A stretch of DNA of 64,000 nt from Thermoplasmatales archaeon SW_10_69_26 (GCA_003009755.1 PXUB01000029.1:3164-67163); one strand, 5' to 3'; shown: positions 38,396 through 48,195, numbered from the stretch's first letter. Made by a program: numbers and translations. Notes: generated from the sequence alone by a model not told the origin.

Positions 38396-39391
38396 TTGGT
38401 CACGATTGCATTCATTCCGGGGCTCGCCTCGGCGGCCAATCACAGCGACGAGCTCGGGACCTTCGAAAGGGAGGGGGATCGGTTCGTCGGAGAGGAGACT
38501 GCGTTCGCTCTCGACGAGGACCTTCCCGGGATACGGAACCTGACGGACCAGACCACGGGCGAGGTCGTCTTCGACGAGGTTCGTCTGGCGGAGCCGGGGG
38601 CGATGGACTGGACGATCGGCTTCGATACTTTCACGCTCTCGGCTCAAGACCGCCCGGGCCTGCTCATGGTCCAGGACGACGCCCCGCCCACCTTCCGCGC
38701 CTGGTTCCCGGGAGACCAGCAGGGAGTCTGGAACCTTTCCCTCGCGCCCGGGATCTCGGTCCAGCCAGTGGACGAGAGCAACCAGAAGACGCTGATGTCC
38801 ACCCACGACACATCCTACGAGCTGGACTTGACTAGCAGCAGGATCACCTACCTCGTCGGACAGGGGATCGAGTACGACCCCCCAAAGCGGGTCTTCACCG
38901 TTCGCGACCTCTCGCTCGTATACCAGGCAGACCGCGTCACCGTCGAGGGCGACGACGAGGGCTGTCGGGAGGGGCCGGTATGCATGCGGTTCCAGGGGTT
39001 CCCAAAGAACCCGGCGCCCGGGGATTCGGTTCAGCTCCGCTTCGAGAACGAGGGAACCGACACGCATGGCCTCTGGGTGGCCGCCAGCGAACCCCTCGAC
39101 GGGACGAACGCGTCCCCAGAGGAGGCGATCGCAAGCATCGAGGAGGTACCTCCCGGCCAGACAGCATCCGTCAACTTCACCGTTCCCGACGGCGCCGAGA
39201 GACTGTACCTGTGGGACGACCGAGACGACCACGAACAGCGGGGGGAATCTCTGCGGTGGGAGCTCGAGAGCGCCTCGCCCGGCGGAAACTCCGGAGAGGT
39301 GGAGGATCGGACGAGTACCCCTTCGGCGGGCTGGCTTGCGTTCGCTGTCTCCTCGATCTCGGCCGCGATCCTCCGGACCCGATGGACGTAG
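38396..39391 (+). CDS. Secreted/cell-surface protein with a cupredoxin-like domain and a C-terminal sorting-type TM
   Basis: VQLRFENEG...H...PPGQTASVNFTVP motif; C-terminal TP..G + hydrophobic + basic tail. Start uncertain: TTG 38396, while the signal peptide seems to extend upstream without an in-frame ATG/GTG. Confidence 0.75.
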   Translation: MVTIAFIPGLASAANHSDELGTFEREGDRFVGEETAFALDEDLPGIRNLTDQTTGEVVFDEVRLAEPGAMDWTIGFDTFTLSAQDRPGLLMVQDDAPPTFRAWFPGDQQGVWNLSLAPGISVQPVDESNQKTLMSTHDTSYELDLTSSRITYLVGQGIEYDPPKRVFTVRDLSLVYQADRVTVEGDDEGCREGPVCMRFQGFPKNPAPGDSVQLRFENEGTDTHGLWVAASEPLDGTNASPEEAIASIEEVPPGQTASVNFTVPDGAERLYLWDDRDDHEQRGESLRWELESASPGGNSGEVEDRTSTPSAGWLAFAVSSISAAILRTRWT

Positions 39392-39881
39392 GTCTGGTCC
39401 CGACAGGATCCCCCAGCATAACCGCCATACCCAGTGGCCTCGATTCCAGATGCAGGGGACTTGGGTGGTGAGAGCGAGCCGGGTCCGACGCGTGGCGCAA
39501 GGAGTGGGAGATCCACGCAGGTGCCTACAATCGTTACATCAACTGGTCCCTCCAAGCGGTCGGAGGTTCCCCCTCGGGCGCCACCCTCATCGGAGTCTAT
39601 CTATTCCTCCGGGGCGGCGCCACCACAGCGTCACGGACACCGGTGGCCCCGTTCGTGGCTGGCCCTGCTGGCGTCGGGGTTTACTTCTATAGCCACGATA
39701 TCGGTTACGAGGCTGGTGTGAATCTCGCCGAATGCGGGGTTATCATCAATATCCCTGCTGATTTCGTCGAAATCGGGGGCTAGGCTGGCGAGACTCCGCT
39801 GAAGTAGCCGGGCAGGCGGCTGGGTGGCTCCTGCCATCTTCCCCAGTTTTCATCTTTTTTCCATTCTCGTTACTCGTGTGA

Positions 39882-40415
39882 ATGGTTCGGCCTGAATTGA
39901 TCCTCGCTGTCGCAACCATCCTGGCCTCAGCCGGATGCATCGGCACCCCGGGCCAGGATACGCCAGCGGAAGCCGAACCCGCGGACGTCAACCAGGATCG
40001 AACCACGAACGCGAGTCGGCCCTCGAACACGACGATCGCCAAGCAGACGACGATCCTCGTCGGCTTCGAGGCGACCACCTGCGCCGACCAGGTTCCGCGG
40101 TGTGGCGGCGCGTTCTGGTCTTCCCAGACGCGCCCCTTCACCGTGTTCGGCATAACCGGCGAGAACGCGACCGTGAACGTCACCGCGAACTGGACCCCGA
40201 GCACACCGCTCTCGGAGACGCTGCGCCTCACCGTCACGAACGCCGAAAACGAGATTCTGGTCGACGAGGCGGGACCCAGCCCGCTCGCCGCGACGTTCCA
40301 GGCCTCGGCCGGCGAGTGTACGGCCTCCGTCGGAACCGATCCCCAACCCCTGGCCAGCGCGACCGTGGACCAGGAGATCGCCTACGCGATCCGCGGCCCC
40401 GTCGACGAACGCTGA
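39882..40415 (+). CDS. Hypothetical lipoprotein
   Basis: Signal peptide with SAGC lipobox; beta-rich body. Confidence 0.8.
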   Translation: MVRPELILAVATILASAGCIGTPGQDTPAEAEPADVNQDRTTNASRPSNTTIAKQTTILVGFEATTCADQVPRCGGAFWSSQTRPFTVFGITGENATVNVTANWTPSTPLSETLRLTVTNAENEILVDEAGPSPLAATFQASAGECTASVGTDPQPLASATVDQEIAYAIRGPVDER

Positions 40416-40549
40416 CCACCACGCACCCCGGTCGCTAGCCCTCCCCCGTGAGGGGTCGAGCAGGCCTCCGCGCCGGCTCCGGCGAGCCCGTCCCCGACTT
40501 GCGCATAGAGGCAAGCGCCTGCTCGGGAAAGCCGACGGGGCCTTCCCCT

Positions 40550-40800
40550 AACTATACGAATACGAGGCTCGTCGCCGCCCCCGTGGACGCGCCCCTGGCC
40601 GCCGAGCGCACGATCGTCGACGACCGGCAAAAGCTCGCCATCTGGGCCAACGGTGAGCGCCACGTCGTCGAACCGCCGATCCTGCCCTACTGCTGCGCGA
40701 AGACGCCGTTCGACGAGGGCCCGGTGCGGGAACGCCAGCTGACGCGCAAGGCCCTGTCCACGCCCGAACCCGCCGAGTGGACGAAGGCCATGACCCGATC
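40550..40800 (+). pseudogene. Coding-like remnant, possibly the N-terminus of a family-B polymerase-like protein
   Basis: KLAIWANGERHVVEPPILPYCCAK in genome-like codon usage; no credible start or end. Confidence 0.3.
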
Positions 40801-40920
40801 ATCTAGTCGCGGCACTACGTCCTCCGAGTCTGTGGAACGGCGCTCGCCGAAGCGCATATTGGCGGACAGCATAGCTCTTAGCCATGGGCGAGGCTCACGG
40901 GCTCGCGACGGCTCTGGAGG

Positions 40921-41430
40921 TCAGTGGTCGGCGCGGATCCGAGCGCCCACCTCGATCAGGCGCGGGGCGGGCTCGGTCTCCAACAACTCGGCCAGCCGGT
41001 CCCACGTCCACGCCAGCGTGCGTTCCTCGACGCTGGGATCGTCGACGACGAGTTCGTCGTCGTCCTGGCGGAGGACGAGCAGGAACGGCGGTCCATCGCC
41101 CGGGCCCGACACGATGACGGGGCGGCGAGCCGCGAGCGCGGTCTCGACGGTGACCGTGTCGGCGGCCTCGTGGACCTGGAGCCCGGCCGAGCGCGCCTCG
41201 TCCGGGACCTCGTCGGGCTCGGGCGTGTGCAGATGGACGTGGTAGCCCAGCCCCAGGGCACGGTGAGCCAGCGCGGCGGCCGTCCGCGTGGCCTCGATCC
41301 GCTCGACGAGCTGGGCGGCCTCCCGCCCGTCGAGCGCGGCGGCCGCCATCGCGAGCGTCGCCGGGCCGGTCTCCTCCTCGGCTGCCCCGATCGGCGACGG
41401 CACCGTCAGGTTCGCGAGCGCGGGCTGCAC
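40921..41430 (-). CDS. Peptidase C39-like fold protein, probably inactive
   Basis: ETGPATLAM, RPVIV, FLLVL...VVDDP; catalytic Cys and His replaced. Confidence 0.65.
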   Translation of the reverse strand: MQPALANLTVPSPIGAAEEETGPATLAMAAAALDGREAAQLVERIEATRTAAALAHRALGLGYHVHLHTPEPDEVPDEARSAGLQVHEAADTVTVETALAARRPVIVSGPGDGPPFLLVLRQDDDELVVDDPSVEERTLAWTWDRLAELLETEPAPRLIEVGARIRADH

Positions 41431-41556
41431 GGACCGGGGAACCCGCGGGAGCGGCTTGAGGCTTTCCCACGGCCAGCGCAGACCGGATGCGCCGGCCGGT
41501 TGTAACTCGATGCGAACCGTCGATGGTCTTTTCATCGACTCGGTGGATACGGAGCC

Positions 41557-41967
41557 GTGTCGAGGAACCGTTCGGGAGGCTCGGCCGGAGGAGCTCGTCG
41601 ATCGATCGTCCCTCTCGTGCTGGCGATCGGTCTCGTCGCGATGACGATGGCGCCCGTCGCGGCCGCCGACCACCAGGACATCGTGATCAGCATCTCCGTC
41701 CCGGGGGGAATAGTATGCGTCGGGACGATCGAGGACGATCAGACGGTCGGTCAGGCGGACCGCCCCGGCCCGAACGCGACCGTGACGGTCCAGGGCGAAC
41801 CCGTGGTCGCCTCCGAGGGCCCCGAGGGAAGCACGGTCTGGGTGAGCACGCCTTCGTTCGGCCTCGCCGTCGACGGGTCGGTCACCGCGGAGGCGACGAC
41901 CCCGAGTGAGACGGTGTCGTCGACCACGGTCGTCGACCCCGTCTCCGTCGGTGTCTGCATCCGATAG
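41557..41967 (+). CDS. Small secreted protein
   Basis: RR + hydrophobic + AAA signal peptide; two Cys. Confidence 0.7.
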   Translation: MSRNRSGGSAGGARRSIVPLVLAIGLVAMTMAPVAAADHQDIVISISVPGGIVCVGTIEDDQTVGQADRPGPNATVTVQGEPVVASEGPEGSTVWVSTPSFGLAVDGSVTAEATTPSETVSSTTVVDPVSVGVCIR

Positions 41968-42018
41968 CGACCGTCGCCCGAACAACCTTGAAGCCCCCGA
42001 CCCCATGCCCGGCCACGG

Positions 42019-43233
42019 ATGTCCTCGACCGTGGCCTGGACGCGGAAGCTGCTGCGCCACTACTACCGGCGCAACCCCGTCTACCTGCCGCCGCGGTTCG
42101 GCCGGCGGGAGTACGGGTTCCTGTTCGTGGGCCAGGACGGCATGAAGCGGCACACGACGTTCGCCACGCGAGAGGACATCGGCGAGTTCCTCGCCGAGCG
42201 CGGTCCCGCCCACGCCTACTACTCGGCCGCCTACTACGAGCAGCCCGAGGCCTCCCGCATGGACGACAAGGGCTGGCTGGGGGCGGATCTCATCTTCGAC
42301 CTCGACGCCGACCACATGCCCGGGCACGAGGAGATGACGAAGGCCGAGATGCTCGAGCAGGTGCGCGTCGAGGCCCTCAAGGTCGCCGAGGAGTTCCTCG
42401 TCGGCCACTTCGGGTTCGATCCCGAGGACATGAAGATCGCGTTCAGCGGGGGACGAGGCTACCACATCCACGTCACCGACCCCGTCGTGCACGAGCTCGG
42501 CAGCGCCGAACGGCGCGAGATCGTGGACTACGTGACCGGGAACGGGATCGCCATCAGCCGGCTCGTGCGCCGGGAGACGTTCAGCACCGAGGAGGTGGCC
42601 GGCCACGTCGACGAGAAGCAGCGCTGGCGGTTGCCGGCGGTCGGCGACCCCGGGTGGGAGGGGCTGTTCGCCCGCGAACTCGTCGACCTGTTGGACGAGT
42701 GGCGGCAGCTGCCGCGCGAGGAGGCCCTCGAGGCGTTCGGCGACCTGCACGGCGTCGGCGACAAGCGGGCCGAGAGCCTGGTCGACCAGCTCGACGAGGA
42801 CGCGATGGCGGCCGTGCGCGAGGGGCGGGTCGACAGCGTGCCGGCGCTGGCGAACAAGACCGTGATCGAGGCGGTGACCGACCGCGTCCGGCGGGCGGCG
42901 ATCGGGGAAGCCGACGAGCCCGTGACCGCCGACGTGCACCGGCTGATCCGGTTGCCGGGCAGCCTTCACGGGCGCACGGGGCTGCGCGTGACGCCGTTGA
43001 CGCTGGAAGGACTCAAGGACTTCGACCCGCTGGTGGACGCGATCGCGTTGCCCGCGAAACCCGTCACGCTGGAGCTCGAGGAGCCCGAGACCGGTCAGAT
43101 CGGTGGCGAAAGCTACGATCTCCAGCCTGGCACGCACGAGGTGCCCGGCTACCTGGCCGCCTTCGTCGCCTGGCCCAGCGTAGGGACCACCAAGCCCGAC
43201 CGACCCGTCGTCCGGGAGGGAGCCCCAGCGTGA
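42019..43233 (+). CDS. priS: DNA primase small (catalytic) subunit
   Basis: REYGF, YYSAAYY..P, LIFDLDADH, FSGGRGYH.H, D..VT.DVHRLIRLPGSLHG. Confidence 0.96.
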   Translation: MSSTVAWTRKLLRHYYRRNPVYLPPRFGRREYGFLFVGQDGMKRHTTFATREDIGEFLAERGPAHAYYSAAYYEQPEASRMDDKGWLGADLIFDLDADHMPGHEEMTKAEMLEQVRVEALKVAEEFLVGHFGFDPEDMKIAFSGGRGYHIHVTDPVVHELGSAERREIVDYVTGNGIAISRLVRRETFSTEEVAGHVDEKQRWRLPAVGDPGWEGLFARELVDLLDEWRQLPREEALEAFGDLHGVGDKRAESLVDQLDEDAMAAVREGRVDSVPALANKTVIEAVTDRVRRAAIGEADEPVTADVHRLIRLPGSLHGRTGLRVTPLTLEGLKDFDPLVDAIALPAKPVTLELEEPETGQIGGESYDLQPGTHEVPGYLAAFVAWPSVGTTKPDRPVVREGAPA

Positions 43234-43778
43234 GCGACGACGAGGACGGCGTCAGCTACGAGACGATCAAAAGCCACCTCGACCAGCAGAAGCGCTCCAA
43301 CAAGCCGATCGAGGTCGCGGCGACGTTCTACGAGGAAGCCCAGGCCTACCTCGACCAGCTGCGGGAGGAGTACGAGGACGTGCACGCCCGCGATCCGGCC
43401 AGCAAGGAGGTGCAGATCCTGCGCGACGAGCTGTTCCGGGCCCGCGAGGCGCTCAACGACCTGTTCGACCTGCGCGCCAAGCGCATCCTCTCCCACACCT
43501 TGTCCGAGGACACCGAGATCGACGAGGCGGACCTGACGGCCGAGGAGCGGCTGCTGTTCGACAACGTGCAAGAGCAGGTGAGCAGGACCCGCGAGCAGGC
43601 GCTCGAGCGCGCCAAGCGCAGCAGCGAGCTCCGGGTCGTGCGCGTGCTCGAGGACATGCCCTCCTTCACCGGCGCCGATTTGCGCATCTACGACCTGGAC
43701 GCGGAGGACATCGTGTCCCTGCCGGGCGAGACGGCCGAGCTGCTGATCGGCGAGGGCAAGGCCGCCGAGCTCGGCTAG
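43230..43778 (+). CDS. GINS subunit (Gins51-type)
   Basis: GTGA overlap with priS; R..RI, L..EE...F, C-terminal B-domain VRVLED.P.F.G.D...Y.L..EDIVSLP...A.LLI. Confidence 0.85.
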   Translation: MSDDEDGVSYETIKSHLDQQKRSNKPIEVAATFYEEAQAYLDQLREEYEDVHARDPASKEVQILRDELFRAREALNDLFDLRAKRILSHTLSEDTEIDEADLTAEERLLFDNVQEQVSRTREQALERAKRSSELRVVRVLEDMPSFTGADLRIYDLDAEDIVSLPGETAELLIGEGKAAELG

Positions 43779-43811
43779 GGCGCGGGACCCACGCGGGTCC
43801 GCTCGCGTCGA

Positions 43812-44129
43812 AGCTCGTCAGGCGGACATAGCCCTGCGCGAGGATCCAACAGCGTCTAAGGTCAGCAACGCTGGGGTCTGCGTTTCGGACGGATCGAAGA
43901 TCCGTTCTCTCCCGAGGCGCCAGACGGTCGGCACCGGCGCCTCCGGACGCTGGCGACCCCAGTTTTCTTCCGGAGATCGGCGACACCGTTCGGTCTCCGG
44001 AGAGGCCGAAGCTCCGCTTCGGCCGGATTGCGAGGGTTCCTGCCGCCAGGCGAACCCTCCATCTTAACAGCGAAGATTTCTTTTCCCCGGTCGAGAGGCG
44101 GCTGGGCCCCGTCGAAAAGAAGATCTTCT
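43812..44129 (-). repeat. Multi-hairpin dispersed element, family A, copy 2 (with a ~95 bp hairpin insert)
   Basis: Reverse complement matches 28447-28667; begins at the ybaK stop codon. Confidence 0.88.
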
Positions 44130-44604
44130 ATTCGACGAAGTCGCCCTTCGAGACGTCGGGCAGCTTGCGGAGGTCGGCGGCCTTGATCTCGAGCATGACG
44201 TCCTCGCTGCCGCCGCCGACGTACACCATGTCCTGGTCGAGCACGCGCTGGTCGATGAGCGTGCGGAGCGGGCGTTCGTGCCCGATGGGCGGTACGGCGC
44301 CGACGGGGTAGCCGGTGAAGGACTGGATCTCGTCGGGTTCGGCCAGGCGCACGTTCTCCTCGGCGTCGACGCTGACGTGGTCGGCGACCTTCTCGAGCGA
44401 GACGACGTCGGGGCCGCGCACCAGCACGACCACGGGCTCCTCGTCGGCGACCATGAGCACGATGCTCTTCCCGATCTGGTCGGCCTCCACATCGAGGGCG
44501 TCGGCTGCGGCTTGCACCGTGCTGGCATCCTGGAGCTGCGCGTGGAGGTCCGCCTGGATGCGGAGCTCCTCCGCTGTCCGTTCGACGTCCGAGGAGTCTC
44601 GCAT
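44128..44604 (-). CDS. ybaK: YbaK/EbsC aminoacyl-tRNA deacylase family protein
   Basis: TV..AA.AL.V...QIGKSIV, TGYPVGAVPP.GH, YVGGG. Confidence 0.9.
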   Translation of the reverse strand: MRDSSDVERTAEELRIQADLHAQLQDASTVQAAADALDVEADQIGKSIVLMVADEEPVVVLVRGPDVVSLEKVADHVSVDAEENVRLAEPDEIQSFTGYPVGAVPPIGHERPLRTLIDQRVLDQDMVYVGGGSEDVMLEIKAADLRKLPDVSKGDFVE

Positions 44605-44677
44605 CGCAGCAGCCGTACTCGTCGATGCGAGAAGAGGTCTTCGGTTGCCGCCCTCGCAGGCGGCTGGCGCTGGGCCC

Positions 44678-46069
44678 TCACTCCTCGACGAGCTCGGCTT
44701 CACGCTCGGCCAGCGACAGGCGGACGGATTCGAGATCGAGCACGGTCGGGTCGGCGTCGGGATCGACGATGACGAGCGGGACCTCGAGCTGGGATCGCAG
44801 CCGGCCGACGATGTCGTGCTCGCGCCAGGTCATCACGGTGTGCTTGCGTGGCGGCCCGAGCGCGACGGCGCCGCACGCGTGGCGGTCGACGAGCTCGGGG
44901 ATCCGCTCGACGAAGTTGCCCGACTCCATGACGAGATCGATCCCGACGTCGCGACCGGCGGCGGTCGCTTGGAAGACCTCGGCGGCGCGCTCGCCCGCCC
45001 GTCGATCGTGGAGGGATGGGCGGGTGGGGATGTGGGCGAGCACGATGTTGGCGTCGAGGTGCTCGGCGAGGTCGATGATCGCGTCCGCCTTGCGGCGGGC
45101 CGGGCTGGGCCCGGACGTGGCCACGAGCAAGCGCCGAGGGCCCAACGTGGGTTGGCCCAGGTCCTGGGGGATCCCGGCCGCCGGCTCGTCCTGATCGGCC
45201 TTGTCGACCAGCGTGCGGTGGGGGTAGGGTACGGCGACACCGTTCTCCTCGAAGGCCTGCAGCGTGGCCTTGCGGAGGTCGGAGGCGATCTGGTAGCGGT
45301 TGCGTGTCTCCGAGGTGTGGCACCAAAGCTCCAGCTCGACGCCGCTGTCGCCGGCCTGCTGGACGAGGACGCGGGGTTCGGGGAACTCGAGCACGTGGTC
45401 GTGCTCGCGGGCGCCCTGCAGCATCAGGCGCTCGGCGAGGTCGACGTTGCTCTCGTAGCTGATCTCGACGGCGACCTCGATCCGCAGCTCGGGGTAGCCC
45501 TTGGTGAAGTTCCAGATCTCGCGCTCGTCCATCAGGCGGTTGGGGACGATCACGTACTCGCGGCGAGCGGTGAGTATGCGCGTCGAGCGCAGCCCGATCT
45601 CCTCGACGTCCCCCCAGTAGTCGCCGATCTGGATCCGGTCGCCGACCTCGAAGGGGCGGTCGGTGGCGAGCGCGATGCCGCCCATGATGTTGGCGACCGA
45701 TTCGCGTAGGCCCAACGCCAGCCCGGCGCCGACGAGGCCGAGTGTGACGGCCAGGTCGAGGATGTTGATGCCGACGTAGGTCAACGAGAGGCCGATCCCC
45801 ACGAACATCGTGAGCCCGAAGATCAGCCGGTCGGCGATCGAGGCGACCATCGGCCGCACCCGCTCCTCGGTCAAAAGGGTCCGGTCGAGGATCCAGACGA
45901 TCCCTCGTGAGAGCAGGTAGAAGAGGACGAGGACGGCGACCAAGCGGGGGAACCGGTCGACGAACCAGGAGATCTCGCCCGGCGTCACCTCCAGCGGGCC
46001 GAAGAAGTACCGCTGGAGCCCCGTCACGAACCGGTCCCACAGGGAGCCCAGCGACACGGCGCCGTCCAC
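44678..46069 (-). CDS. MscS mechanosensitive channel fused to a C-terminal USP domain
   Basis: GLALGL...N..GG...DRPFEVGD.I, G.VEEIGLRST, VPYPHRT; USP-like RLLVATSG...A...A...ALG; GTG 46069 inferred. Confidence 0.88.
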   Translation of the reverse strand: MDGAVSLGSLWDRFVTGLQRYFFGPLEVTPGEISWFVDRFPRLVAVLVLFYLLSRGIVWILDRTLLTEERVRPMVASIADRLIFGLTMFVGIGLSLTYVGINILDLAVTLGLVGAGLALGLRESVANIMGGIALATDRPFEVGDRIQIGDYWGDVEEIGLRSTRILTARREYVIVPNRLMDEREIWNFTKGYPELRIEVAVEISYESNVDLAERLMLQGAREHDHVLEFPEPRVLVQQAGDSGVELELWCHTSETRNRYQIASDLRKATLQAFEENGVAVPYPHRTLVDKADQDEPAAGIPQDLGQPTLGPRRLLVATSGPSPARRKADAIIDLAEHLDANIVLAHIPTRPSLHDRRAGERAAEVFQATAAGRDVGIDLVMESGNFVERIPELVDRHACGAVALGPPRKHTVMTWREHDIVGRLRSQLEVPLVIVDPDADPTVLDLESVRLSLAEREAELVEE

Positions 46070-46139
46070 CGTGCGGGGTCGGCAAAGACCTTCCGGGTTC
46101 GCCCCGCCCCGTCGGGTAGCGAGGGTCAGCTCGGAGACG

Positions 46140-47234
46140 TCACCGGGGGACCGACGCGCACAGCTTCTCCAGGGTCTCGAGGTTCTCCTTCTCGCCCAGT
46201 GCGACGAGCTGGTCACCGTGGCGCAGAGGCTCGCCGGGATCGGGGTTGAACGTCATCTCGCCTTCGGAGCCCTTGATCGCGACGACGATCACGCCGGTGC
46301 GGTTGTTGATGTCGCCCTCCTGCAGCGTCAGCCCGTCGAGCGGGCTGCCGTTCTCGACCTGGATCTCTTCCAGGCTGAGCTGTAGGTGGTCGCGGGGCGT
46401 GGCGAGCTCGGTGAACTCGACGACGCTGGGCTTGATGGCGACCTGCACGATGCGGTTGCCGGCCGCCTCGAAGGCGGAGACGACCTCGTCGGCTCCGCCG
46501 CGGCGCAGGTTCATCGCGGCCTTCTGATCGCTGGCCTGGGCGATCACCCGGATGTCCGGGTTGCTGTTCTTGGCGCTCATCGTGACGTACAGGTTGTCGG
46601 CGTCGGAGGGCAGCATCGCCAACAGCGAGTCGGCCCGGCGCACGCCGGCCCCCTCGAGCACGTCCTCCTCGGTGGCGTCCCCGATCAGGTAGGGGTGGCC
46701 GTCCTCCCGGAGCTCGGTCTCCCGGGCGGTGTCGGCCTCCACGATGCAGAAGTCCTCGCCGGCCTCCATGAGGCCGCGGACGACCGGTTGGGCCGTCTTG
46801 CCGTAGCCGCACACGATGTAGTGATCCTCGAGTTCCTCGAGCTCTCGTCGCATCCTTCGTCGCCCCAGCATGTCCGCGAGCTCGCCCTCGACCACCATCT
46901 GGCCGATGCTCGTGAACGCGTAGAACACGGTCCCGATGCCGGCGAGGATGAGGAAGCTCGCGAAGAAGCGCGCTTCGCCGGTCAAGGGCGGGTTCACCTC
47001 GCCGTAGCCGACCGTCGAGAGGGTGATGACGGTCATGAACGCGGCGTCGGAGAAGCTCCAACCCATCGCCATGAAGCCGCCCGTCCCGACGACGACCCAG
47101 AGCAACAGCAGGAGCGTGGGTGGCCACAGCCCGCCGCCGCGCACGGACGCCAGGTCGGCGATCTTCTCGCCGAGCCACGAGCCGTTGCCGGGCCGGTGAT
47201 CGTCGCGATCGGGGTCGGCGATGGCGTCGTCCAT
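46140..47234 (-). CDS. 2-TM potassium channel with TrkA-N/TrkA-C (RCK) domains
   Basis: TLSTVGYGE filter, HYIVCGYG, GDAT...L..AG, FNP. Confidence 0.93.
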   Translation of the reverse strand: MDDAIADPDRDDHRPGNGSWLGEKIADLASVRGGGLWPPTLLLLLWVVVGTGGFMAMGWSFSDAAFMTVITLSTVGYGEVNPPLTGEARFFASFLILAGIGTVFYAFTSIGQMVVEGELADMLGRRRMRRELEELEDHYIVCGYGKTAQPVVRGLMEAGEDFCIVEADTARETELREDGHPYLIGDATEEDVLEGAGVRRADSLLAMLPSDADNLYVTMSAKNSNPDIRVIAQASDQKAAMNLRRGGADEVVSAFEAAGNRIVQVAIKPSVVEFTELATPRDHLQLSLEEIQVENGSPLDGLTLQEGDINNRTGVIVVAIKGSEGEMTFNPDPGEPLRHGDQLVALGEKENLETLEKLCASVPR

Positions 47235-47407
47235 GAGCGGTCTCCGTCGGCGGTCGGAACCGTCAGCGGCTCAGGCCGAGGTGCTGGGAAAAGCGTTCCG
47301 TCTCGTCCCCGGCCCGGGGGTCGGCGTCCTGCAGACGAACCCTGGTACGAAGCCTTATGCCGACCCGGCTCCTTGGATTGCCACCCTGGCTTCCAGGGGT
47401 GGCCTCC

Positions 47408-48139
47408 ATGGTGGACGTGCGCCTGCTCGCGATGACCGACGACCCCGAAGAGCTCGTTTGCCGTTGCGCTCGCAACGACTACTACGACGGCAAGATCCCC
47501 GACGACGATTTCCCGACCGTCATGAACGGCGTCGGCGGGGACACGGTCGACGAGAAGCAGGCCACGCTCGTCAAGAAGCTCATGCTGCGGGGTCACTGGG
47601 GCGTCTTCGAGCACCCGCAGATGACGCTGTGGTTCCGCGTCTCTCGCTCGTGCATGGCGCAGATCACCCGCCACCGCCACGTCAGCTTCGACATCCAGTC
47701 GATGCGCTACGTCGACTTCTCCGAGGTCGACCCGACGAGCGAAGAGGACATCAAGCGCCCGCGGACCTGGGATCAGGAGAAGGTGTCCACGCGGGAGGGC
47801 ACGCGAGCGATCGAGGGGCCGGTCGAGGAGCGCCGCGAGCTCATCGACGAGACCTACGAGCGGTGCGTGGAGGCCTACAACCAGCTCGTCGACGCCGGCA
47901 TGCCGAAAGAGGACGCCCGCATGCTGTTGCCGATCGGGACGAAGGTCAACATCACGGCCAGCATGAACGTGCGCGCGGCCCTGCACATCATCAGCATGCG
48001 GGGGGCCGGCGACGCGCAGGCCGAGATCCAGGAGCTGGCCGACGGGGTCCGCGACGTGCTCGAGGAGCACATGCCGACGACGATGCGCATCTGGAACGAG
48101 AACCAGAAGGCGATCGAGCGGCAGCGCTTGTCGCCATAA
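47408..48139 (+). CDS. thyX: Flavin-dependent thymidylate synthase
   Basis: GH..VFEH, QITRHRH.SF..QSMRY, KEDAR.LLP, AQAEI. Confidence 0.96.
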   Translation: MVDVRLLAMTDDPEELVCRCARNDYYDGKIPDDDFPTVMNGVGGDTVDEKQATLVKKLMLRGHWGVFEHPQMTLWFRVSRSCMAQITRHRHVSFDIQSMRYVDFSEVDPTSEEDIKRPRTWDQEKVSTREGTRAIEGPVEERRELIDETYERCVEAYNQLVDAGMPKEDARMLLPIGTKVNITASMNVRAALHIISMRGAGDAQAEIQELADGVRDVLEEHMPTTMRIWNENQKAIERQRLSP

Positions 48140-48195
48140 GGGCAGAGAGCGGCGGGCCCGAGCCCTCAGATAGGAGCGAACAGACACCCAGGATG

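Noticed and set aside
39434-39721. 95 aa ORF in the AT-richer island
   Set aside because: No RBS, motif or convincing codon bias; left unannotated.
40459-40468. CAGGCCTCCG match to the tRNA-Leu variable arm
   Set aside because: A 10 nt GC-rich match with no flanking similarity.
40921-43137. 738 aa ORF and other long fused ORFs (7482-9176, 15424-17055, 23552-25831, 57247-59466)
   Set aside because: Upstream extensions are antisense or intergenic read-through; true starts were reassigned from RBS, TATA and family N-termini.
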